A DNA stretch of 56,578 nt from positions 1 through 56,578 of IMG/VR virus record IMGVR_UViG_3300030012_003637; one strand, 5' to 3'. Shown here piece after piece: positions 9,223 through 16,946 of this stretch. The notes below the pieces were generated by a model, which ran no database searches, had not been told where the DNA came from, and was given only the letters and a program-made list of their open reading frames with translations. Numbering within the stretch: position 1 is the stretch's first letter; the number at the start of each line of letters is the position of its first letter. Source of the stretch: a virus. Its lineage: Duplodnaviria > Caudoviricetes. Made by a program: the position numbers and the translations under genes.

Positions 9223-9265
9223 GGGGCGTTTTTCCCTCATCGACGAAGTCGCCACGCGCGAATTT
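9218..9265 (+). repeat. GC-rich structured element, copy 1
   Basis: GATAGGGGGCGTTTTTCCCTCATCGACGAAGTCGCCACGCGCGAATTT; homologous to 51462-51516. Confidence 0.7.
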
Positions 9266-9324
9266 AAAAAACTCTTAGATTGGAAACGAGCATTGCTGCC
9301 TAAAGTACGTCTAAGGGTTTTTTT
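9266..9324 (+). terminator. Probable intrinsic terminator with a 28-nt loop
   Basis: AAAAAACTCTTAGAT pairs with GTCTAAGGGTTTTTT and ends in a T-tract. Confidence 0.55.
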
Positions 9325-9334
9325 ATTGGGTTTA

Positions 9335-9366
9335 CTTGTTATTTATAATTATATTTCTTATATTAT
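9335..9366 (+). promoter_or_regulatory. Early-type promoter
   Basis: cTTG-N20-TATATTAT, 3 nt upstream of ATG 9370. Confidence 0.6.
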
Positions 9367-9369
9367 AGT

Positions 9370-9507
9370 ATGCATAAAGACGCGAAATATTCAAGCGGAG
9401 AACTAGCTCAACTTGCGAGACGTAGGATGATACAAAAACATCATGGCGATGACTCTAAGTATACGCGCAAAACAAAACATAAAAAGGGTTATGATACAAC
9501 CGTATAA
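9370..9507 (+). CDS. Small basic protein, ArfA-like (45 aa)
   Basis: MHKDAKYSSGELAQLARRRMIQKHHGDDSKYTRKTKHKKGYDTTV*; YxRKxKH motif; not in the track. Confidence 0.5.
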   Translation: MHKDAKYSSGELAQLARRRMIQKHHGDDSKYTRKTKHKKGYDTTV

Positions 9508-9877
9508 ATTCGAGACAAGGGGTATAGGTCTTATAACTGATAGACTTATCTCAAAAGGTGCGTTTGTGGGTAATTATGTATTGAAGGATATTCCAACTTC
9601 TCCTTTACAAAGACATATATACGACGGATGGGTTGAAACAGATCCGTTCGGAAGGTATTTGAATCATAATGAAAATAGTAATTTAGAGTTTGTATTAAAT
9701 AATGAAGCCGTGGAAATATTCGCGAGCCATGCTATAGAACCTTATACTGAACTTACTGTAAATTATTTCGATTTAGTAAATCTTTTAAATATACCTAAAA
9801 GTATTATTGAAGAGTTTAGTATAAGTAAATTTAATTACGAAGAAGAATTAATTAAAATAAATAAAGACTTACTTTAA
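9491..9877 (+). CDS. SET-domain protein (putative lysine methyltransferase)
   Basis: GIGLIT, GRYLNH, ELTVNY motifs; start reassigned to ATG 9491 after gggtt. Confidence 0.8.
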   Translation: MIQPYKFETRGIGLITDRLISKGAFVGNYVLKDIPTSPLQRHIYDGWVETDPFGRYLNHNENSNLEFVLNNEAVEIFASHAIEPYTELTVNYFDLVNLLNIPKSIIEEFSISKFNYEEELIKINKDLL

Positions 9878-9884
9878 AATAGAT

Positions 9885-10367
9885 ATGAATTATAAAAAGT
9901 ACATTGATAACATTCCTGACTTTCCTAAACCAGGTATACTATATAGAGATATTCAACCATTATTAGCTAATCCAGATGCATTCAATGAAGCTATAGTTGA
10001 CTTAGGAACATTAACAGACGAAGTTCCTGACTATTGGGTAGGGATAGAATCAAGAGGATTTTTATTTGCTTCTGCATTATCAATGCATTTTGGAGGAGGT
10101 ATTAAAATGATTAGAAAATGGAATAAATTACCTAAAGTAGATTTAGTTCAAGCTAGTTATCAACTTGAGTACGGTGTTGATATAATAGAAATGAAAGAAG
10201 GAACTGGATCCGTAGTAATAGTAGATGATGTATATGCAACAGGCGGTACTATCAAAGCAGCAAAACAGCTAGTAGAAGAAGGAGGTTATGACCTTCTTGA
10301 TACTGTAGCATTAGTAGATATAGGAATAGGTAAAGAAAAAATTAAATCAGTTATTAAATATGAATAG
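9885..10367 (+). CDS. apt: Adenine phosphoribosyltransferase
   Basis: PDFPKPGILYRDI, GIESRGF, YQLEYG, VVIVDDVYATGGT. Confidence 0.93.
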   Translation: MNYKKYIDNIPDFPKPGILYRDIQPLLANPDAFNEAIVDLGTLTDEVPDYWVGIESRGFLFASALSMHFGGGIKMIRKWNKLPKVDLVQASYQLEYGVDIIEMKEGTGSVVIVDDVYATGGTIKAAKQLVEEGGYDLLDTVALVDIGIGKEKIKSVIKYE

Positions 10368-10896
10368 TAACATACTTCTTTTATCAGCTACTAATTACGA
10401 GCATAACCATGAAGAGATACATGGAATTCCTATTCATATCATAGGTATAGGTAGAGTAAATGCTGCACTTAATACTTATAAACTTATACAAAAATATAAA
10501 CCTGATCATGTAGTTGAATTCGGTTCTTGTGGTAATTTAAAAGATCATAAAGTAGGAGAGGTATTAGAAGTAGGAACAGTATATGATGACTTTTATGGAG
10601 GACCGGTATCTAACCACCCTCCTATAGAAATCTCTAACTCTAATATAAAGTTATTTTCTACAGATACTTTTTTTGAACAAGGAGCACAATATAGTAACCA
10701 TTATAATAAAATGGTTAACGAATGTAATATTATAGAAATGGAAGGATATTCTATAGCAAAAGTTTGTTCTTCTGAAAATATTTCCTTATCTTTATATAAA
10801 TGGGTTAGTGATGACGGCTCTAATAGCGAATGGTTAGAGAACGCAAAAGCAGGTTTTGAGAACTTTAAAATTATTTTTAAAGAAAAGTTTTTATGA
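10360..10896 (+). CDS. MTA/SAH nucleosidase-like (PNP/UDP phosphorylase superfamily)
   Basis: GIGRVNAA, FGSCG, STDTF, IEMEG, KWVSD. Confidence 0.75.
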   Translation: MNSNILLLSATNYEHNHEEIHGIPIHIIGIGRVNAALNTYKLIQKYKPDHVVEFGSCGNLKDHKVGEVLEVGTVYDDFYGGPVSNHPPIEISNSNIKLFSTDTFFEQGAQYSNHYNKMVNECNIIEMEGYSIAKVCSSENISLSLYKWVSDDGSNSEWLENAKAGFENFKIIFKEKFL

Positions 10897-11495
10897 AAAT
10901 ACTTATCGTAGCAACTCCTCGTTCAGGATCGACTTCTCTTTTAAGAGCTATATCTACTGAGCTTAAACTTATACGATACGGCGAGCCTTGGAATATAGGT
11001 ATAAGACTTAAGAAAGGAGTAATAAAGTATCCTATAGAAGAAAAAGATAGCTATGTAGTTAAATGTATATGTGATCAATTTCCTCCGTCATTAGATACTA
11101 ATCCTATAGATTTTTTTACTGAATATATAAAAGAATTTGATAAGGTAATATTATTATCAAGACAAGATAAAAGAGCAGCATATGAAAGTTTTATGTATAG
11201 TGATTTAAATAGAGAAAGTTACTACTGGCATAAACCTTATTTTATAGAAAGTACTGAAGGATATGAAAACTATAAAGTTAAAACTGAATACTTTTATAAA
11301 TTATATGAATTAATAGAACTTATATCTATCAGATCTAATAAACCTATATACTGGTATGAAGATATATACTCAGGAGATAAAGATAAGGTTATTAAAGTTC
11401 TTACGGAGCTAGGATTAGAAGAGTATTATGATAATTTTCAACCTTATATAGATCCTAAATTTAGATATAGACAATTTGAAAGAAAATTAATATGA
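10893..11495 (+). CDS. Sulfotransferase family protein
   Basis: IVATPRSGSTSL 5'-PSB loop, EPWN, ILLSRQD..AAYES, YEDI. Confidence 0.65.
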   Translation: MKILIVATPRSGSTSLLRAISTELKLIRYGEPWNIGIRLKKGVIKYPIEEKDSYVVKCICDQFPPSLDTNPIDFFTEYIKEFDKVILLSRQDKRAAYESFMYSDLNRESYYWHKPYFIESTEGYENYKVKTEYFYKLYELIELISIRSNKPIYWYEDIYSGDKDKVIKVLTELGLEEYYDNFQPYIDPKFRYRQFERKLI

Positions 11496-11845
11496 GAGAA
11501 AGCAAAAGATTTTCTAAAGGTATTAAAAAAGTTTTAGTAGATATAGATGAAACTATTTCTACATATACAGGTAAGAGAATTTATGCATTAGCTTCTCCTT
11601 TAAAAGATAATATAAAAAAAATAAATAAACTATATGACGAAGGCTGGCATGTAACGTACTGGACTGCAAGAGGATCTGTTTCTAAAGTTGATGCTTATGA
11701 GTTTACTTGGAAGCAATTAAGTGAGTGGGGATGTAGGTTTCATGACCTTATAGTTGGATTTAGAGAAGGACCTACTTGTTATCCTACTAAACCTCATTTT
11801 GATTTAGTAATAGATGATAAGTCTAAACGTATAGAAGAGATATGA
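11492..11845 (+). CDS. HAD-superfamily phosphatase (capsule-biosynthesis phosphatase-like)
   Basis: VDIDETI, YWTARG, KP..DLVIDDK. Confidence 0.8.
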   Translation: MRESKRFSKGIKKVLVDIDETISTYTGKRIYALASPLKDNIKKINKLYDEGWHVTYWTARGSVSKVDAYEFTWKQLSEWGCRFHDLIVGFREGPTCYPTKPHFDLVIDDKSKRIEEI

Positions 11846-12345
11846 AATTAAAATTAATATATGGATCTGATACTGGGAATACAGAATTAGTAGCAGAGGA
11901 TATTACAAAATTATTAGATGACGTAGAAGTTACAACCGTTGACGAAGTAACTGAAGACGATTGGACTAATAATGATAAATTTATTTTAGGCATACCTACA
12001 TGGTATGATGGAGAACTTCAAAGCGATTGGGAAGATTATTTTGAAGAATTTAAAACTATAGACTTTACAGGCAAAACAATAGCTATATTTGGTTTAGGAG
12101 ATCAATTAGGATATCAAGAATGGTTTTGCGACGGTATAGGTATATTAGGAGAAGTAATTTTAAATAATGGAGGTAAATTAGTTGGTTATACTAAAAATGA
12201 TGACTCTTATGATTTAGATATAGAACCTAAATGCCTTATAAACAGCGATACATTTTACGGATTATGTATCGATGAAGACAATCAATCAGAATTAACCCAA
12301 GAAAGAGTAGAAAAATGGGTTAATCAAATTAAAAATGAATTTTAA
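11842..12345 (+). CDS. fldA: Long-chain flavodoxin
   Basis: YGSDTGNTE, GIPTWYDGELQSDW, FGLGDQ, GLCIDEDNQ. Confidence 0.93.
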   Translation: MKLKLIYGSDTGNTELVAEDITKLLDDVEVTTVDEVTEDDWTNNDKFILGIPTWYDGELQSDWEDYFEEFKTIDFTGKTIAIFGLGDQLGYQEWFCDGIGILGEVILNNGGKLVGYTKNDDSYDLDIEPKCLINSDTFYGLCIDEDNQSELTQERVEKWVNQIKNEF

Positions 12346-12354
12346 AAATAAGTT

Positions 12355-12543
12355 ATGAGCGACTCAGTAAAAAAATGGCATGAAATGCAAGAAGAAGAAA
12401 AACAAGATAACCTTCTACAAGATTATGTCGAAACAAAAAAAGAACAAGCATTAAGAAAAAGAGCATACAGAATTCTTATTGATTATACCGAACAAGAAAT
12501 TAGATTAGCTAATAAAATATTAGATGTCGAATCATCACGATAA
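12355..12543 (+). CDS. Hypothetical protein
   Basis: 62-aa ORF with aagttATG start context. Confidence 0.6.
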   Translation: MSDSVKKWHEMQEEEKQDNLLQDYVETKKEQALRKRAYRILIDYTEQEIRLANKILDVESSR

Positions 12544-13057
12544 ATATGAAATGCAAATTCATAAAAGTGAGTTTAAACCTTTAAGTTTTGATAACTCATT
12601 TAAATTTGAAATTGCTTCTACATTTGATTATAAGTTTAACAGTTTACATTTTGAGGATCTAATATCCTCTATTGATAATAGACTACCTGATTGGAATGAA
12701 AAACCTACTTTAGACGATGTTAAAAAAAGATTAGATAGTATATCTAAATGTACTTTATTTTTTCATAAAGATTTTAACGAAGTTATAGGATGGGGTTGGT
12801 TTTCTAATGTATTTACGTATGATTGGATTAATGAAGTACATCCTTTACCAACTAATAAGTCTATTTACTACGGAGGTACTTATATACGTAAAGAATTAGA
12901 TATACCGCGTACAACTGGAGTACAATTGTATAACTACGCGTTTAACTATTTTTTAGAAAGAAATGAATATATGTACGGTTATATGGATATCTGGAATAAA
13001 GCTCCTATAAAGATCTGTCATAAAATAGGAGGTAGAGAATATAAATTTATAAAATAG
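12524..13057 (+). CDS. GNAT-like acetyltransferase (putative)
   Basis: VIGWGW, TYIRK...G..LY, WNKAPIKICHKIG resemble GNAT motifs A/B. Confidence 0.45.
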   Translation: MSNHHDKYEMQIHKSEFKPLSFDNSFKFEIASTFDYKFNSLHFEDLISSIDNRLPDWNEKPTLDDVKKRLDSISKCTLFFHKDFNEVIGWGWFSNVFTYDWINEVHPLPTNKSIYYGGTYIRKELDIPRTTGVQLYNYAFNYFLERNEYMYGYMDIWNKAPIKICHKIGGREYKFIK

Positions 13058-13088
13058 TTGGAATTACGAATAAAAGTTCTTATATTAT
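13057..13088 (+). promoter_or_regulatory. Early-type promoter
   Basis: GTTG-N20-TATATTAT; GTTG overlaps the upstream TAG stop. Confidence 0.75.
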
Positions 13089-13093
13089 AGTAT

Positions 13094-13585
13094 ATGATAA
13101 ATTCTCTTCCATTTAATCCTCCGTTTAAAAAAGACTGGATTATAAGGACTCTTAAAAAAGATTACTTTAAAAAACCTTATGATAGGTTTATGTGGTGGCG
13201 GAGCTATACTCCTAAGAATAAACCTTTATCTAAAAGTAAACCTCTTAGAGATCGAATAGCTAATGGAGATTTAGATCATGCTCCTTATTTATATGAATCT
13301 TATCTAGCAGAATATACTATGAACGATAAATATCTTCAATGTATAACTGTAAATGGAGAAGTAGATTATAGTAAATGGAAGCAAGATACATCAGTAGATG
13401 GAGCTAGGAAAAAAAGACTTTTAGAAGACTATGATAAAGAAGAAACTAGAAGACTAGATGAACTCAGGACAGGTTTTATGAAAGAATTTAACATAGATAG
13501 AGAGACATATTATAAAGAAGCTGAAAATAGTTCAAAAAAACTATTAGATTTTTATGATTATATGTCTAGAAAATATAAAACTTAA
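13094..13585 (+). CDS. Hypothetical protein
   Basis: 163-aa ORF directly after the promoter. Confidence 0.7.
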   Translation: MINSLPFNPPFKKDWIIRTLKKDYFKKPYDRFMWWRSYTPKNKPLSKSKPLRDRIANGDLDHAPYLYESYLAEYTMNDKYLQCITVNGEVDYSKWKQDTSVDGARKKRLLEDYDKEETRRLDELRTGFMKEFNIDRETYYKEAENSSKKLLDFYDYMSRKYKT

Positions 13586-13587
13586 CA

Positions 13588-13594
13588 TATTTAT
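13588..13594 (+). promoter_or_regulatory. Late-type promoter motif TATTTAT
   Basis: Intergenic TATTTAT upstream of ATG 13616. Confidence 0.55.
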
Positions 13595-13615
13595 TAATAT
13601 ACTAAACTTAAATTT

Positions 13616-13885
13616 ATGAATACTATTTTAATTATTATTGGAGTATTAGCCGTAGCACTAGGTGTCTATTACTTTGGCTTTTATAAAAAAGGTAAGATCA
13701 ACGATGTTGATGGAAATTTAGTTCCAGACGAGGTTGATGCTAAAGTAAGAAAGACTAAAGCTACTGTTAAAGAAGTAAAGAGAAGAGCTAAAAACGTCAA
13801 AGAAGAAGTTAAAGACGTAGTAGCAGCTGCAAAAGGTAAAAAAAGAGGTAGAAAGCCAAAAGCTGAAAACCTTCCGGAAGAGTAA
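13616..13885 (+). CDS. Single-pass membrane protein with basic tail
   Basis: N-terminal TM helix, NDVDGNLVPD Ca-loop-like motif, KGKKRGRKPK tail. Confidence 0.7.
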   Translation: MNTILIIIGVLAVALGVYYFGFYKKGKINDVDGNLVPDEVDAKVRKTKATVKEVKRRAKNVKEEVKDVVAAAKGKKRGRKPKAENLPEE

Positions 13886-13922
13886 GAATTTTTTTATTTT
13901 CTGTCTAACCTAAATAATTGAG

Positions 13923-14144
13923 ATGCAACAGCAATTGAATGTCGATATCAGTCAAACATCAGGAGTTACATGTGAGGAATGTGGAGGAACGTATTTCCAA
14001 AACGGACTTGTCATTAGAAAAGCATCAGGGTTACTCACTGGAACAGGAAAACCAACTTACATCCCAATACCCGTCTTCAATTGTAGAGAATGTGGACATG
14101 TCAATGCCGAGTTCTTACCACAGGAACTCACAAAATTGGACTAG
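13923..14144 (+). CDS. Zinc-ribbon protein
   Basis: CEECG...CRECGH. Confidence 0.7.
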   Translation: MQQQLNVDISQTSGVTCEECGGTYFQNGLVIRKASGLLTGTGKPTYIPIPVFNCRECGHVNAEFLPQELTKLD

Positions 14145-14146
14145 AT

Positions 14147-14240
14147 ACATCTACGACGGACTGCAGTCAATGATATATGGTGGCTCGTCTACGGACGAGT
14201 GATGGAGAGGCTAGATATAGAGTAGGAGCTTATCTAGCAG
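14147..14240 (+). ncRNA. Candidate structured RNA (3' UTR or sRNA)
   Basis: Hairpins GAC-TGCA-GTC, CTCGTC-TACG-GACGAG (cUNCGg) and GCTAGATA...TATCTAGC before the terminator. Confidence 0.4.
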
Positions 14241-14245
14241 AAATT

Positions 14246-14269
14246 GAGGCCTTCGGGCCTCTTTTTTTT
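14246..14269 (+). terminator. Rho-independent terminator
   Basis: GAGGCC-TTCG-GGCCTC followed by T8. Confidence 0.92.
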
Positions 14270-14281
14270 ATATCTTAAAAC

Positions 14282-14288
14282 TATTTAT
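14282..14288 (+). promoter_or_regulatory. Late-type promoter motif TATTTAT
   Basis: cTATTTATa right after the terminator, heading the membrane-protein operon. Confidence 0.6.
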
Positions 14289-14316
14289 ATAAAAGGAAAA
14301 CTACGGTTACTAAAAA

Positions 14317-14592
14317 ATGTTGCATATGAAAAAAGTAAAAAAATTATTTATGGATTTTAAAAATTTATTCAAAGACGACAACGACATCAATGAAAAGTCA
14401 ATAGTTGGATTCGTAGCATTTATAGTAATGATATTATTTGCTTTCGCAGATTTAATCACTGGTTATATAGGAAAAGACTTAGTTATAAATGAATTTATTT
14501 ATGACTCATTTCTATGGATAGTACTTGGTTGTTTCGGTATAGCTGAAGCAGGAAGAGCTATTAAAGGAAATAATAATAACAACTCTCAATAA
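14317..14592 (+). CDS. Two-TM membrane protein (holin candidate)
   Basis: Two hydrophobic segments with charged termini; the true start may be a downstream ATG. Confidence 0.55.
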   Translation: MLHMKKVKKLFMDFKNLFKDDNDINEKSIVGFVAFIVMILFAFADLITGYIGKDLVINEFIYDSFLWIVLGCFGIAEAGRAIKGNNNNNSQ

Positions 14593-14594
14593 AC

Positions 14595-15836
14595 ATGAAA
14601 AAACTATTATTAATTATTGTAGCTTTATTAGTAGCAGTACCTACTTTAGCACAAGAAGAAAAGAAAAAGAAAAACTTTTTTAAAGAATTTTATAATGACT
14701 TCTTTAAATATGCTACTGTATATGGAGCTGGAGACTATAGAGCACCATACGAATCATCAGATAAAAAATATTTAATTAGACAGCCTGAAGGAGCTGGCCT
14801 ATATGATGTTCCAATCGTAGAAGACGTAACTGAGTATTTCCCTTCAGATTACAGAATCGGTATAGGTATCAGAAAATTAGGTAGATTTGCTTATGAAAGA
14901 AAGCCTGGTAACTTTTGGACTGGTGATCAAAATTTAGAAAGACAAAATGCTCTAATAGCTCCTACTTCAGCTGTCAAAGGTTGGGAGTATTTATTCCATT
15001 TTGAAAAAGAAAGACGTAGAGGAGAAGAATGGGAAAACCAAAGATACTTTTTAAGACATACAGGTAAGTACCATGTAGCTAAAGTAGAATCAAGATACCA
15101 AGGAGCATACGATTTTAATTATAATGCTGCTGACGTAAGAGCAAGATTACCGATTGGAAAGAAATTCTCAATATCAGCAGGTGCTGCATATAGAACTCAC
15201 GAAAGAGTTTATGGTGTTAATCCATATGAAATTTGGGTTAGTGCTTTAAATGATGATGGTTCACAACAACATTACTGGTATGAATTAGCTTACGAATATG
15301 GATTTACAGATGCATATTACCAAACAACTATACAAAACCCAGTAACTGGACAACAACAAAATATAGGAGGATATTTTTGGTATAATCCAGATGGTATAAT
15401 TGTAGCGTCTTCAGATCCACAATTTAGAGATGGTCCTTATAAGAGATTAATTTCATTATATAATCAAGAAGTATTAGGAGAAACAGGAACATTCGGTTTA
15501 GTAAGTCCTGTAGTTGGATTTGATTTCTATCATTATAAATCTAATTTCTGGGCTCACTTATACGGCTCAGCATTTTTACCTTACCATAAGTATGTAAAAG
15601 GTGATAAAGATGATTTCGGTAGAGTACCTTTATCCTACTTATATAGAAACGATTGGGATCAATATGGTTTAGCTGATGCAGCAGAAGGAGAACAATGGTG
15701 GGATTATCAAGCTGGAGCAAATATTGGTTGGAAATTAAGTAAATCAATAGGAATATTTGCAGAAGGTGAATATACAAGAATGTGGGATTCAGAATTCTTT
15801 ATTACAACATTTGGAATAAATTATACATTTAGATAA
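14595..15836 (+). CDS. Outer-membrane beta-barrel protein (putative)
   Basis: Sec signal peptide (PTLA|QEE), amphipathic aromatic strands, C-terminal FGINYTFR BAM-type signal. Confidence 0.7.
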   Translation: MKKLLLIIVALLVAVPTLAQEEKKKKNFFKEFYNDFFKYATVYGAGDYRAPYESSDKKYLIRQPEGAGLYDVPIVEDVTEYFPSDYRIGIGIRKLGRFAYERKPGNFWTGDQNLERQNALIAPTSAVKGWEYLFHFEKERRRGEEWENQRYFLRHTGKYHVAKVESRYQGAYDFNYNAADVRARLPIGKKFSISAGAAYRTHERVYGVNPYEIWVSALNDDGSQQHYWYELAYEYGFTDAYYQTTIQNPVTGQQQNIGGYFWYNPDGIIVASSDPQFRDGPYKRLISLYNQEVLGETGTFGLVSPVVGFDFYHYKSNFWAHLYGSAFLPYHKYVKGDKDDFGRVPLSYLYRNDWDQYGLADAAEGEQWWDYQAGANIGWKLSKSIGIFAEGEYTRMWDSEFFITTFGINYTFR

Positions 15837-15838
15837 AA

Positions 15839-16120
15839 ATGGCAAAACAATTAGGTGAAGATACTAAAGTTACATTAGATCTCAAAACATTAGGGATGAT
15901 AGCTACAGGAATAGCTGCTTTAGTAGGTATGTGGTTTGCATTACAAGCTGATATAGCTGAAGCAAAAGAATTACCTGCACCCGTGATAGATAGAGTCGAA
16001 TATGATCTTAAAGATGAATTAATTCGACAAACAATAATGGACACTCAAGATGACGTCGATAAAATTTTAGAAGAATTAGAAAAAATCGATGAACGTTTAT
16101 ATGAGTTACAAAAACAATAG
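15839..16120 (+). CDS. Single-TM coiled-coil protein
   Basis: TM helix at about residues 17-35 followed by an acidic coiled coil. Confidence 0.65.
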   Translation: MAKQLGEDTKVTLDLKTLGMIATGIAALVGMWFALQADIAEAKELPAPVIDRVEYDLKDELIRQTIMDTQDDVDKILEELEKIDERLYELQKQ

Positions 16121-16126
16121 ATAAAA

Positions 16127-16534
16127 ATGAGTAAAGAAGCATTGAAAGAGGAAATTTTAGCAAAAATAGAAATAGATAAAATCCATGCTAAAAGTACAGC
16201 AAAGGAAATAGCATCCAGACATTTAGGTAAACATGGTATAAACTATATTACTATATTAGTTATTATTGGTGTAATTAGCTCTCAATTTTTAGAAGGAGGA
16301 GCATTAACAGCAGTTATTGGTTTAGTATCAACTGCAGCTATGGCTTTGATAGGTATATTACAACATATCGTAGGAGCTAAAGAAAAAGAAGAAAAACCAG
16401 AATTAGAAATAATTAAAAGTTTAATCAAGGAACTTTCTGATAAAGAGGATGACCCAATGCAAGTAGATGTAACTGATACAGACGTTACAGTAACTAAAGG
16501 CGAGAGCAAAGTAACTGCAAGCAAAAAGAAATAA
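16127..16534 (+). CDS. Two-TM membrane protein (holin-like candidate)
   Basis: Two hydrophobic helices flanked by charged regions. Confidence 0.6.
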   Translation: MSKEALKEEILAKIEIDKIHAKSTAKEIASRHLGKHGINYITILVIIGVISSQFLEGGALTAVIGLVSTAAMALIGILQHIVGAKEKEEKPELEIIKSLIKELSDKEDDPMQVDVTDTDVTVTKGESKVTASKKK

Positions 16535-16535
16535 T

Positions 16536-16937
16536 ATGAAAAAATTTATTTTCATAGTTTTACTCTACTTACCTTTACTATCTTTTTCACAAGAATATAT
16601 TGACGATAGTAATTTCGATGATAAAATTAACGAACAATCAGCTTTTGGAGATGATGAAAGTTCTATAGTAGTAATAGAATTTTGGGCTAAATTTAACGAA
16701 GCCAATGCGTTTGCTGATTGGGATAAAGTAGAAGGAGTAAAATACTATAGAGTAGATATTGCTAAAGCTCCAGGAGCTAAAAAAGAATATAGAGTCAGAA
16801 TGGCTCCAACTATAATAATATTCAAAGACGGAATTAATGAAGAGTCTTTTAAAGCAGGATTAGATTTAGAATGTCCTGTTACATTAGATGAGTTAACAGA
16901 AGCGATTGAAGAGGTCAAAACAGCAAATCAATTTTAA
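16536..16937 (+). CDS. Secreted thioredoxin-fold protein lacking CxxC
   Basis: Signal peptide SFS|Q; VVIEFWAKFN in place of WCxxC; YRVRMAPTIIIFKDG cis-Pro motif. Confidence 0.7.
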   Translation: MKKFIFIVLLYLPLLSFSQEYIDDSNFDDKINEQSAFGDDESSIVVIEFWAKFNEANAFADWDKVEGVKYYRVDIAKAPGAKKEYRVRMAPTIIIFKDGINEESFKAGLDLECPVTLDELTEAIEEVKTANQF

Positions 16938-16946
16938 TTAAAAACA

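Noticed and set aside
9443-9490. Track start of the SET gene at 9443
   Set aside because: Overlaps the ArfA-like ORF; ATG 9491 has the typical ggttATG context and begins the SET fold.
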